This document shows positions 47,401 through 56,562 of a DNA stretch of 64,000 nt, piece by piece. The notes beneath the pieces are model-generated. The model did not search any database, was not told where the DNA came from, and was given only the letters and a program-made list of their open reading frames with translations. Positions within the stretch are counted from its first letter, which is position 1. Each line of letters begins with the position of its first letter. The DNA comes from a virus. Location: positions 1-64,000 of IMG/VR virus record IMGVR_UViG_3300028844_003737; one strand, given 5' to 3'. Position numbers and translations under genes: made by a program.

Positions 47401-50400
47401 CTGAAGAACAATGGATTTGGACAGGACCAGATGATGCTAGTTCCGTACACTATTGGAAATATTCAGGTCCTATGCCACCACAATATAGTTTTGCCAGACC
47501 AACAAGCGGTGATTATGCTAAATTCATAGAAAATGTAACAGCAAATGAATGGGAAAGGTTTGAAGTTGCTGTACCTGTTCATCCTAATTGGAGATTGGGT
47601 GTTCCTGGATGGCAAGTTGTCTTTGAAGGAAATATAGGATCTAAACCTGGCATAGTATGGATGGATGATATTGATGTTAGATTTAGGTTGGATAGTCAAT
47701 CTGTTGATCAATTAGTAAAAAAGCCATTTGTTGCTCAAATAAGTTCTGTAAATGAAACTGGAACACTGGTGGAATTAGATAAAACTTTTGAGGATGGAGC
47801 AATTGAAGTTAGCGATGATGATGATCCAGCAAATGCTTATTATCAAGATGGTGCTCAAGCAGGATCTTATACTGGATTTGAAGTAACATATACTATATTC
47901 AATCCAAGAGAACTTAGAACTTATTTGAAATTTGGAAACAATCATTATCTAACAACAAACTTTAGACAAGATAGAGCATCAGTTATAAAATGGCCACATT
48001 CTATAAATTTTAAAACTTACGAACCTTTACCACCAAGTATACAAAAGTTTTCCGAAGTTACAGTTGTAAAGGAAATGATTGAGCCACTATCCGAAACCGT
48101 TAGAATTGTAAATTTTACAGACAGTCCTCTTGGAGATAGACTACTAAAGAGTCCTGATTTGAACAATGTAGACAGTCCTTTACAAAGAAGAACTACACAA
48201 TTCAAAAATGAATCAGAAATTCTAACATCGGATTCAATAGTTTCAGCTGAACTTAAAAACAAAATAGTTTCTGCTAGTACAGATAGTGCTGAAATAAATG
48301 TTGACTACAGCAGATATGAAAATTTTAATAATTTTGGTTCCGTTGAGAGAAGAATTGAAAACTTCAAATATAAATTAGAACTAATTGAAAGTTATAACGC
48401 ATCAAGTGCGTCTTTAGTTTCTATTTCAGGTTCTGGCGATAATAGAGATTTGTGGTTACAAAGAACAAATGAACTAAAAAATGACTTTGATGGATTTGAA
48501 AATTATATGTATCATATTAGTTCATCATATGTTAGCAGTTCATTGGGGCAATTTTATGATAATGCGTGGCCGAAAGTTAGTGGTGCTGGAACTTTAACAA
48601 GTCCATATGTATTAGCACACACTACTTCTTCACAAGCAACTACTTGGTTTGAAAAAAATGTAGTTTCGGCATCTTTATTCGATGAAGAGAATGGTAATAA
48701 ATTAAGTGGGTTGTTACCACAGCATATAATTGACGATAACAGCAACACAGATTATCTAAAATTTACTGATATGATAGCACATCATTTTGATAATATATGG
48801 ATTTACATAAAAGGATTGAGTGACACTTTTGATAGAAGAGATAAATTAGATGAAGGACTTTCTAAAGATTTATTATATAGTGTAGGTAGGTCTTTGGGAT
48901 GGAATTTAAATGATAGTTCGGATACAGTTGAGTTATCCAGATTTCATTCAGGACACGAAGTATCAGGTTCAAGTTTATCTGTTTACTCTGAGGTTTCTCA
49001 GAAAGATATAACAAGAGAAATTTGGGGTCGTATAATAAACAACATGCCTTTCTTTCTAAAAAATAAAGGTACTGTAAAAGCATTGAAAGGACTCATAAAT
49101 ATTTATGGTATACCATCAACAATATTGAGAGTAAAGGAATATGGGGGTCCCGCTATATCAGATGATGAAGCACCACAATTTGAGATAACAAGAAAATTTA
49201 CAAAAGCATTAGATTTTAGGTCAAGTCAATTTGTAAAAGTAGCTTGGGCAAATGATACTGATTCGGAAAGAAAGCCTGATACTATAGAGTTTAGATTTAG
49301 AGCAGTCAGTAGTTCTAATCAAGTATTGGTAGAAAAGATAGGTAGTGACTTTACATCTAGCTTCAACATTAGTTTAAAAGATAATAATTCCGCTGACAAT
49401 TATGGTTATGTCGCATTTACCCTATCAGGCTCAGATGGTCAAAAACAGGTTCAAAGTGGTGAACTTCCTATATATGATGGAGATTTTTATTCTGTGATGT
49501 TGAGGAGAACTTCAGGCTCAGATTCAGCTGAGGTAACTCAATCATTTCAATTATCTGTTGGTAAATATGATTCTAGTAGAAGTAAGATACATCTGTTTTC
49601 TGCAGCTACTATGTCTACAGATATTGCTGATTCAGGATCTTATAATCTTGCTTATGCTAATAATGGTACAATATTTATCGGTGGTGCTTCAAACACTACA
49701 AGAGGAGCTGCTTCTCAGACTGGCTCTTTTGGTGGTCAACTATCAGGTTCTATGATGGAGTATAGACATTGGACTGAAACATTGGGTGTAAAACAATTCA
49801 AAAATCATGTGGCTAATCCACAAGCATATAATGGAAATACTATATCATCATCATATGATAATTTAGTTTTGAGATACTCAATGAATGATAACAAAGATTT
49901 GAGTTCTGATACTGGTGGGATTAGAGATGTAAGTTCAAATCAAACAGCAACATTGTCAGGATCACATAGTGGATTTACTGGTAACTTTTTCAGTAATGTT
50001 GTTGATGAATTACAATCTCATATACCAAGTATAGGTGCTTTGAGAAGAACTACTAAGAAAATACGAATAGAATCAAATAATATAAAAGATGGTCAGATTT
50101 TACAGAGAACTAAAAGAGTTACTAATAGTCAATATGATACAGCAGCTAATGACTCTAATAAATTAGGTATATTTTTTGCTCCTACTGATGTTATAAATAA
50201 TGATATTATACAATCTGTGGGTGATTTGAATTTTGAAAATTACTTAGGAGACCCAAGAGATAGGTTAGAAAATAGCTACAGAGGTCTAAAAGGTGTTGCT
50301 GATAATTACTGGCAAAAATACACCGAACCAAATAATTTTTGGGACTATATTAGATTACTGAAATACTACGATTCTTCTTTATTTCCACAACTTAGAAAAC

Positions 50401-51332
50401 TAATTCCTGCTAGAGCAAAAGCTGATATTGGAATATTAATTGAGCCAAATATATTTGAAAGGTCTAAGGTTGTAGCAGGAAAAGAACCTGTAGTCACACA
50501 AGAAAATTATAGAGGTACGATAGATGTCAGTACAGACTTTATAGCTATAACATCATCTTATAATGCGGGTGTTAGTGTTAGTACATTTGATGCTTATTCA
50601 GATACTATCAGTATATCAAGAACAACTGAGTCAGGATCTATAATAACTGCTACTGGTTCATATGATACATACAATGGTACAATCGATGAACTAAAAGCGA
50701 GAAATTTTGATATAAGTATTTTTCAAAAATTAGGTAATGTTGGATTATATTCTAATGTAACTATGTCTCTTGAATCCGACACTTTGAATGGAGTAGTAGA
50801 AGTTCATCAGCCTGTTATTTCAGGATCAAGAATATATGGAAGAAATCAAAAGCAAATGAAATTCTATACCACCGAAGCTAGTCATTCACTAAACTTGTTT
50901 AACTCTTCTTCTTTCTATAATGTAGACTTAGATAATTTAGCAGACCATTCACAAGCCAAACTAAATTCTTTTTATTCTGGCGTAAAGAATACTTCAAAGA
51001 CTACAATCGATGGTGGAAGACCAGTTGAAATTACAATAACATCTCCAACTAAACTTGTCACACAAGAAAGTGGAGAATCTACTTTGGAAACTGGTGATGG
51101 TAAGGTATCTAACTTCAAATTCAAAGATAAGAAAAAGAAGAAAAAAATCAAGAAAGTAAGTAAGAAAGGATTCCTTGCTAGTGGTATGCCTGATGTAAAG
51201 GAAATTGAAAAACAGAGAAAAATGTTTTCAAAGCCTAAGGATAGATTTGTTGAGGTGAAAGGCGAATCATCAAAGAATATATCTAAGAAAAAAGATGATG
51301 AAATACAGAGAGATGAGGAAAATGAGAAATAA
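44493..51332 (+). CDS. Very large baseplate/tail protein with a LamG-like domain
   Basis: 2279 aa; SPSRTEIR, NFGS..RIENFKYK, KNKGT..GIP..EYGG; LamG-like TIEFRF..EYRHW. Confidence 0.7.
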   Translation: MSSKLTNIDKQLLDAGNEIRIGNKPYENGIFGSNPNRDTIELTIFNTSGGLIDSITKSFSDIQFDNDDKLLLRPVADLTLAGLESGTYDLQYRFLRKLAGSEDDVLVRTVPNEQGKFDIFEDVESIDITDDGKIFEKIGSDRGQELQLKKMTLLVDAVSPSRTEIRIKASDVNGRGNFEDFSRLGESVRRTEVPTGIVQFGTGGDENFITNTNVMTLTPEDGGFIFTPRMVGGTLYVKDVYHTSTITTTPTTENNIVTDQEQLRKDDYGEVIKYGESLPWDSNLHANAVRPLGDWSAGYLQWYANSELWGNSTHLGYWGHWVQGEGRDGGVCFKFPDINQSFAEDFTAWPLENPHRGLMLSHTFKDKSLEVLGVTGEDSILISGYIKSNVNNKQIRITTKFPQDLLSEAEPDSPPEGFFVEGSPLLEEKPSSPPDNYNPLTIEAAQSIENVPAIAIMENGYSTGMNITAFLNAREGYGWSVGQTPNVATGNDSTQLNRKSPPRPATYGTGVWKLHIETDQSEAVISLELNHSWGDANGYSNGAGTLSEGGDWKWDGEQWTGYPIATEVEPIVGHDSNGGVYRTVNPNQFPTAVNAHPYRQSEELVQTRRPLFERSLPSSTGFEYGCTIGKAFYAWLLDGRWEVNSTIINRGDISVKYVMLGKQDLIWITKVNQSSSDKVLLRTWDEVFPQLRTSYIDREVDGETKQVSIYEDIFEFGFVQSIVPAQHRNKNVTVMGSFHIFYNDGNGNNKSFRVDTFRSGTNTISSTLSNNTIYPNIGSDRVYNIRDLDEPFDNTINDNDSKVKWTVNRDDGDFRFYAFVGNQYYRVDDGDGDLYEINESDSNWFKDDYPRTINEDGFEDFIQNPDVVFERDLTPNESDWTKWGIIKGSQYYKQEDDKHVLISTFDEAFIGAGTVQSGGEELVVGTRNPGKDNWLLDDEGNTLPNVPYIDNGSGNLIIGMTSDRIGTVSPEEQWIWTGPDDASSVHYWKYSGPMPPQYSFARPTSGDYAKFIENVTANEWERFEVAVPVHPNWRLGVPGWQVVFEGNIGSKPGIVWMDDIDVRFRLDSQSVDQLVKKPFVAQISSVNETGTLVELDKTFEDGAIEVSDDDDPANAYYQDGAQAGSYTGFEVTYTIFNPRELRTYLKFGNNHYLTTNFRQDRASVIKWPHSINFKTYEPLPPSIQKFSEVTVVKEMIEPLSETVRIVNFTDSPLGDRLLKSPDLNNVDSPLQRRTTQFKNESEILTSDSIVSAELKNKIVSASTDSAEINVDYSRYENFNNFGSVERRIENFKYKLELIESYNASSASLVSISGSGDNRDLWLQRTNELKNDFDGFENYMYHISSSYVSSSLGQFYDNAWPKVSGAGTLTSPYVLAHTTSSQATTWFEKNVVSASLFDEENGNKLSGLLPQHIIDDNSNTDYLKFTDMIAHHFDNIWIYIKGLSDTFDRRDKLDEGLSKDLLYSVGRSLGWNLNDSSDTVELSRFHSGHEVSGSSLSVYSEVSQKDITREIWGRIINNMPFFLKNKGTVKALKGLINIYGIPSTILRVKEYGGPAISDDEAPQFEITRKFTKALDFRSSQFVKVAWANDTDSERKPDTIEFRFRAVSSSNQVLVEKIGSDFTSSFNISLKDNNSADNYGYVAFTLSGSDGQKQVQSGELPIYDGDFYSVMLRRTSGSDSAEVTQSFQLSVGKYDSSRSKIHLFSAATMSTDIADSGSYNLAYANNGTIFIGGASNTTRGAASQTGSFGGQLSGSMMEYRHWTETLGVKQFKNHVANPQAYNGNTISSSYDNLVLRYSMNDNKDLSSDTGGIRDVSSNQTATLSGSHSGFTGNFFSNVVDELQSHIPSIGALRRTTKKIRIESNNIKDGQILQRTKRVTNSQYDTAANDSNKLGIFFAPTDVINNDIIQSVGDLNFENYLGDPRDRLENSYRGLKGVADNYWQKYTEPNNFWDYIRLLKYYDSSLFPQLRKLIPARAKADIGILIEPNIFERSKVVAGKEPVVTQENYRGTIDVSTDFIAITSSYNAGVSVSTFDAYSDTISISRTTESGSIITATGSYDTYNGTIDELKARNFDISIFQKLGNVGLYSNVTMSLESDTLNGVVEVHQPVISGSRIYGRNQKQMKFYTTEASHSLNLFNSSSFYNVDLDNLADHSQAKLNSFYSGVKNTSKTTIDGGRPVEITITSPTKLVTQESGESTLETGDGKVSNFKFKDKKKKKKIKKVSKKGFLASGMPDVKEIEKQRKMFSKPKDRFVEVKGESSKNISKKKDDEIQRDEENEK

Positions 51333-51410
51333 AAAAATGAAAAATTTAATATTGTGATATTTATATATGATACCACAATCCAAACATACAAAAAATATTA
51401 GGAGTAAGAT

Positions 51411-52088
51411 ATGGGATTCTTAAACAACGCTACCATAACCGTAGACGCTATACTCACTAAAAAAGGTAGGGAGTTGCTAGCTCAGGGAACTGATGCTTTC
51501 AATATTACAAAATTTGCTCTATCTGATGATGAGGTGGACTACAGACTTTGGGATGTAACGCATCCTAACGGAAGTGACTTTTATGGTAAAACAATTGAAA
51601 ATATGCCACTATTAGAAGCTTTTTCTGATGAGAATCATGTAATGAGGTATAAATTGGTAACACTACCAAAGAATACAGCTAGAATGCCGGTTCTCAATGT
51701 AAATCCAAACTCAGTAACATTTACTGCAGCTGGTGGATTGAATCAGTCAGCTATTGTGGTACAAGCTACAACAACAAATGTAAACGACACAAGTTATACA
51801 TTCATACTACATGATCAATCTGTAGTAACTATGAATGTGGCTACAGGAGGTGGTGCTGGAGCACCAGGTGCTACTACACCTTTCTTTTTAGGAGAAGATG
51901 ATGCACCAAATAGTAAAACTGTAGTTGCTAATTCTGTTAGATTAAGTTTACTACCTTTACCTCAGTCAACTCCTGTAGGTGGTAAGTCAACACAACTAAC
52001 AGTTATTGGAAATGATACTGGTGCTACGAGTTCGATAACAATTACTAACGCGGTCAGATTGACTGGTACGTTGACAGCCGCAGGTTAA
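51411..52088 (+). CDS. Virion structural protein
   Basis: MGFLNN..DAILTKKGRELLA..FALSDDEVDY conserved large-phage motif. Confidence 0.7.
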   Translation: MGFLNNATITVDAILTKKGRELLAQGTDAFNITKFALSDDEVDYRLWDVTHPNGSDFYGKTIENMPLLEAFSDENHVMRYKLVTLPKNTARMPVLNVNPNSVTFTAAGGLNQSAIVVQATTTNVNDTSYTFILHDQSVVTMNVATGGGAGAPGATTPFFLGEDDAPNSKTVVANSVRLSLLPLPQSTPVGGKSTQLTVIGNDTGATSSITITNAVRLTGTLTAAG

Positions 52089-52098
52089 GGAGTAGATA

Positions 52099-53121
52099 AT
52101 GGCAATTTATAAATTATTCAATTCCGATAGTGATGTAATAAGTAACGTAAAAGATACTGTTTCCTCAGGAATGTGGGAAAATGGTTCAGGAACATTAACT
52201 GCTTTTTACACATCATCAGTTCAATCAGGTAGTTCTGGCGAACATTATTTAGATGTTTTCGGATCTCCATCAACTACAACAGCTAGAAAAACTCAATTTT
52301 CAGTAGCCTTTGGTCACTTCAATGGAAGTGGTTCTTTAGGTGCTAAAGGAGTCGATGGTAATAGAGCATCTGCTGTTATATATCGTCAATTATCAAATAC
52401 TTTATTAGGTCCTAACGAAAACCAATTTACTTTTGCTGGTAGTGGAGACCATACAACACCAAAGTATGTGTATGCTTTATCTGTTAGCAGAGAGTTTTTG
52501 AGAGAAAAAATGGATCCAGGCAATTGGGAGCTAAGATTAGGTAATGCTGGTGGTAAAACTTTACGATTTATTGACGATAGTGGTGCTACTACTAATCCAA
52601 CTGTAAATCAAGGTGGTAGAGTATTCAATATTGTTAGTGGTTCTATTGCTAGTGGTGTTGCTGTAACTAAGACAACAGCAGCTAATCAACAGGGTGGTGC
52701 TTATGGACTATTTTATCCTGATTTGGGAATATTGATATTCAATGGACCTGTACTAAATACAAGTGCTTCCTTGGCTACTAATATTACTTCCAATACAAAC
52801 GGAGACAATTCATTCAAATTATTTTCAAAGATTGCATCTGGTTCTCACTTTCAGGCTCGTAGAGAAGAAGTGATTACTTCACAGCATTATTTCGTGAGAG
52901 TACCTAATCAGGAATTTAATTTTAGTTCTAATCCAACTTTTGCTACAGCATCAGATGGTTCGTTTTCTGTTCCAAGCTATTATAAAAATCCAAAGTCTTT
53001 TGTAACGCAAGTGGGATTGTATAATGACTCTAATGAATTGTTAGCAGTTGCTAAATTAAGTAAACCACTATTGAAATCGTTTTCGAGAGAAGCTCTTATA
53101 AAAGTCAAATTAGATTTCTAA
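52099..53121 (+). CDS. Virion structural (tail/baseplate) protein
   Basis: C-terminal VGLYNDSNELLAVAKLSKP..KLDF. Confidence 0.7.
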   Translation: MAIYKLFNSDSDVISNVKDTVSSGMWENGSGTLTAFYTSSVQSGSSGEHYLDVFGSPSTTTARKTQFSVAFGHFNGSGSLGAKGVDGNRASAVIYRQLSNTLLGPNENQFTFAGSGDHTTPKYVYALSVSREFLREKMDPGNWELRLGNAGGKTLRFIDDSGATTNPTVNQGGRVFNIVSGSIASGVAVTKTTAANQQGGAYGLFYPDLGILIFNGPVLNTSASLATNITSNTNGDNSFKLFSKIASGSHFQARREEVITSQHYFVRVPNQEFNFSSNPTFATASDGSFSVPSYYKNPKSFVTQVGLYNDSNELLAVAKLSKPLLKSFSREALIKVKLDF

Positions 53122-53139
53122 ACTGGGAGATATTAGGTC

Positions 53140-54162
53140 ATGTTTAAGACACTAGACCCAGGCGATATAAGAATAACACCATTCAAAGTTGGTAAGGAAT
53201 TTACTGTTTCCAATACTGATAGTGGGAGTGGTGTATATTCATTTAGAGCAATTAGTGGCAGTTTACATAACTTTCTAACAGGTTCTGCTAATGTAAAAGT
53301 TTATCCAAATAGTGCTTCATTCTATTCAGGTCCTTCTTGGGCTATGATAAATAAAATGTATTATAATCAGATAAATGCGTCTACACCAAAGGACTGGACG
53401 GAACTGAATCCATACGATAACTTTGGTGCTAATAATGATAAACAATATAGACACTTACATAAATCAGCATCAATAATTTCTGTTCCTCAAAATTTATTTG
53501 GTGAGAGAATAAAACCAAAATCTATTACGTTGTCAGATGACAGCGGAGAGACTACGCTAACTATAAAAGACGATGGTGATGGTAATTTATATGATAATAA
53601 TTATTCAGCTTCATATGCTAAATTTAGAAGTGGTAGTTTAGCTAATGGGAAATTTGATTTTACTCAAATAACAGCTACTACAGGATCTGTAGTTGGTAAT
53701 GTTTTTTACGAACACGGCATAATTGTTATGACAGATACTGGAAGTAAGTATATCGATGTTGGTCAGAAAGAAGGTACTGATGGATTTTCTTTGAGATATA
53801 AAGCTCAACAAACTATTAGAGAGTATGAATATACTTGTGTAGTTGGTGAAAATGAATTCAATGGTACGATGAACATAACTGCTACTAAAGAACGAAGTGG
53901 TAGTATAAGTGTTACAGGTGCTGATGCGTGGAAATTGTTTCCACCAGGACATGCAACTGCTAAATCAGGCTCATTTAATAATTCATATACAGCTGCTGAT
54001 TCATATGAAAATTTCGTCACACATTCCGAATTTAGACCATATGTAACTAAAGTTGGGTTGTATAACGACTTCAACCAACTTATAGCGATAGGACAACTAT
54101 CAGCACCCATAAAGAACGAAAAGGATCTGTCTTTGGGAATTGTTGTTAGGTTCGATTTATAG
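53140..54162 (+). CDS. Virion structural protein, paralog of 52099-53121
   Basis: DDGDGNL, GNVFYEHG, VGLYNDFNQLIAIGQLSAP..RFD. Confidence 0.7.
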   Translation: MFKTLDPGDIRITPFKVGKEFTVSNTDSGSGVYSFRAISGSLHNFLTGSANVKVYPNSASFYSGPSWAMINKMYYNQINASTPKDWTELNPYDNFGANNDKQYRHLHKSASIISVPQNLFGERIKPKSITLSDDSGETTLTIKDDGDGNLYDNNYSASYAKFRSGSLANGKFDFTQITATTGSVVGNVFYEHGIIVMTDTGSKYIDVGQKEGTDGFSLRYKAQQTIREYEYTCVVGENEFNGTMNITATKERSGSISVTGADAWKLFPPGHATAKSGSFNNSYTAADSYENFVTHSEFRPYVTKVGLYNDFNQLIAIGQLSAPIKNEKDLSLGIVVRFDL

Positions 54163-54881
54163 TGGGTAAATTTAAGAAACTGTGGGAAGTATCTAATGTT
54201 CCAGGCTATTCTGCTGATTCAGGTGAACCTGATACTGGATTTATAAAAGGTAAAGAGAAAAGAACTTTAGGTATATTACAAGGAAGACCTGAACCTTGGT
54301 ATGAAAGGGGTGGTTACACTCAAACTTCTTTTCCAGAAGCTGATTTCATTTATGGTGAAGATGGAGAGGAACAATTTAGTGTAACTAAAACAGCATTCGT
54401 CAATGATATCAATGATGATTTTGAAGCACATTTTGAAAGTTGGGAAGATTGGATTGCTGATGAAGATTTTGAGACACAAAATACTGATAAAATTGAAGAG
54501 TCAAATTACAGTAAAGCTATGAAGTTTAGTTTATTGGAAAGAATAGATTATTTAGATGTAGCTACAAACTTAGTAAAGCAGTATGGGCTGAAGTCTAAAG
54601 TAAAGTTTGGAAGCGGAAAAGATTTTGGAGAGTATGTACCTGAAATAGATACTGTAACTCTAAGAAGGTCATACCCATCTGTAAAAGAGTTCCTATTGAC
54701 AATACTGCATGAAATAGGTCATGCACTTGATGCTAAAAGATTAGGAGTCAAAAAGTATATAAAAAAATATACTCAGGCTGGAACAATGGCTACCTACAAA
54801 GGATTAGACCCACATGACGATAATAAGTGGGAAGAGAAGGCTGAAAGATTTGCAAGAAAAGAATTATCTAAGTGGTTGTAA
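54162..54881 (+). CDS. Zn-metallopeptidase-like (HEXXH) protein, possible head cargo
   Basis: ILHEIGHA..WEEKAERFA; leader MGKFKKLWE and internal LLE. Confidence 0.65.
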   Translation: MGKFKKLWEVSNVPGYSADSGEPDTGFIKGKEKRTLGILQGRPEPWYERGGYTQTSFPEADFIYGEDGEEQFSVTKTAFVNDINDDFEAHFESWEDWIADEDFETQNTDKIEESNYSKAMKFSLLERIDYLDVATNLVKQYGLKSKVKFGSGKDFGEYVPEIDTVTLRRSYPSVKEFLLTILHEIGHALDAKRLGVKKYIKKYTQAGTMATYKGLDPHDDNKWEEKAERFARKELSKWL

Positions 54882-55009
54882 AATATTTTTGATTAACAAA
54901 TAATTCTGTAATATATATTACTAATAATATTATTAATTTCTGGTTATATAAAAAATCACAGAAAGTTTTTTATACAAGAACCGTTTGACCTTTTTGACAA
55001 ATAATGGCT

Positions 55010-55080
55010 TAAGTACTTAACCAGGTAGCAAGCAAGATAAGCAAGGCAAGCAAGACAAGTATTAACAAGTACCAGGAAGA
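55010..55080. repeat. (G)CAAG short-repeat tract, candidate origin element
   Basis: GCAAGCAAGATAAGCAAGGCAAGCAAGACAAG flanked by two ACCAGG copies, downstream of an AT-rich tract. Confidence 0.55.
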
Positions 55081-55096
55081 AATAATAGAGATAAAT

Positions 55097-55450
55097 ATGA
55101 AAACAAGAAGCGCAAAGAACAAAGGTAAGAGATTACAAAATAATGTAAGAGACTTACTATTAGAAACATTTTCAGACTTAGAACCAGATGACATTGGTTC
55201 ACAAATAATGGGAGTGAGTGGTGAGGATATCGTCCTTTCTCCTGCAGCTCGTAGACTAATACCATATTCATTTGAGTGTAAGAATCAAGAAAAACTAAAT
55301 ATTTGGGATTCTTTACAACAAGCAGAAAAAAATTGTGGTGTTTACGATCCTGTATTGATATTTAAAAGAAACAGAAGTAAGACATATGCTGTCATAAACA
55401 TTGAGAAATTTATAGAACTAATAAATGAAAATAACAAATCTACTAAATAG
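55097..55450 (+). CDS. PD-(D/E)XK Holliday junction resolvase-like nuclease
   Basis: SAKNKGKRLQ, MGVSGEDI, FECKNQE, FKRNRS. Confidence 0.75.
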   Translation: MKTRSAKNKGKRLQNNVRDLLLETFSDLEPDDIGSQIMGVSGEDIVLSPAARRLIPYSFECKNQEKLNIWDSLQQAEKNCGVYDPVLIFKRNRSKTYAVINIEKFIELINENNKSTK

Positions 55451-56372
55451 AGTAATAGGTAACAATGGTAGGCCTGTAAAGAAACTAAATGAATATGTTT
55501 GGTGGTCTCCATTTGTACATCATCATAAACCAAAACTACAGATAAATGTAAAAACTGGCAAATGGCATTGTTGGGTTTCTAATCAAGGTGGACATAACCT
55601 ATTTCAGTTACTCAAAAAACTAAAAGCTAGTAGAGAACACTTTGAAGAACTATCAGAATTAGTTGGCTCCCCAAAAAAATCACTATCACTATCATCAAAT
55701 CGTGATGATGTCAAGCAAAAAGTTCTAAGATTACCTGATGAGTACAAGCCACTTTGGGAAAGTGATAATAGTATTGTCAAAAAACACGCATTAGTACATT
55801 TGAAAAAAAGAAAGATAGAGATGTGTGATATTATTAGATACAATATTGGTTATTGTGAAAGTGGCTTATATGGAAATAGAATAATCGTACCATCTTATGA
55901 TGATACTGGAGAACTAAACTATTTTATAGCCAGAAGTATTTTTGATGGCGGGATGAAATACAAAAATCCACCAGTATCTAAAGATGTTGTTGGTTTGGAT
56001 TTATTTATAAATTGGGACGAGCCTATTGTATTATGTGAGGGTATATTTGATGCTATAGCCATAAAAAGAAATGCTATTCCATTATTTGGTAAAACTCTAC
56101 CAAATTCGCTAATGAAAAAAATATACGAAAAAAAGGTCAATGAGATATATATATTATTAGACAACGATGCCGTAAAAGACTCAATAAGAATTACAGACAA
56201 ACTTATGAGAAATGGTATAAATGTTTATTATGTTAAACTAACAGATAAAGATCCATCAGATATGGGATTTGAATCAGTTACAAATCTTATAAAAGGTGTA
56301 GGCAAAACAACTTTTTCTGATTTTATTAGGATGAGGCTAAATGGTAAGAAAAAACGATATATGGAAATTTAA
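55425..56372 (+). CDS. DNA primase (DnaG-like, TOPRIM)
   Basis: PF..HHK..WHCW Zn-finger-like; KYKNP, CEGIFDA, LDNDA, KDPSD. Confidence 0.88.
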   Translation: MKITNLLNRVIGNNGRPVKKLNEYVWWSPFVHHHKPKLQINVKTGKWHCWVSNQGGHNLFQLLKKLKASREHFEELSELVGSPKKSLSLSSNRDDVKQKVLRLPDEYKPLWESDNSIVKKHALVHLKKRKIEMCDIIRYNIGYCESGLYGNRIIVPSYDDTGELNYFIARSIFDGGMKYKNPPVSKDVVGLDLFINWDEPIVLCEGIFDAIAIKRNAIPLFGKTLPNSLMKKIYEKKVNEIYILLDNDAVKDSIRITDKLMRNGINVYYVKLTDKDPSDMGFESVTNLIKGVGKTTFSDFIRMRLNGKKKRYMEI

Positions 56373-56562
56373 CGATGGTGAGTGGAAAGTACACTTTACA
56401 GATAAAGAACTTTGTAAAAAAGTAAAAATAAATTTTGATTTGGGAAAATCTGTGACTATTTATTATGAGAGTGGTTCTTTTAAGAAAGAAACTGCTTGGG
56501 ATATTATAGTACCAGACAATAAAATAACAAAAGTGAAAAAATTCATAAAGGATAATTCTTGA
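56341..56562 (+). CDS. Hypothetical protein
   Basis: GAGG RBS. Confidence 0.6.
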   Translation: MVRKNDIWKFNDGEWKVHFTDKELCKKVKINFDLGKSVTIYYESGSFKKETAWDIIVPDNKITKVKKFIKDNS

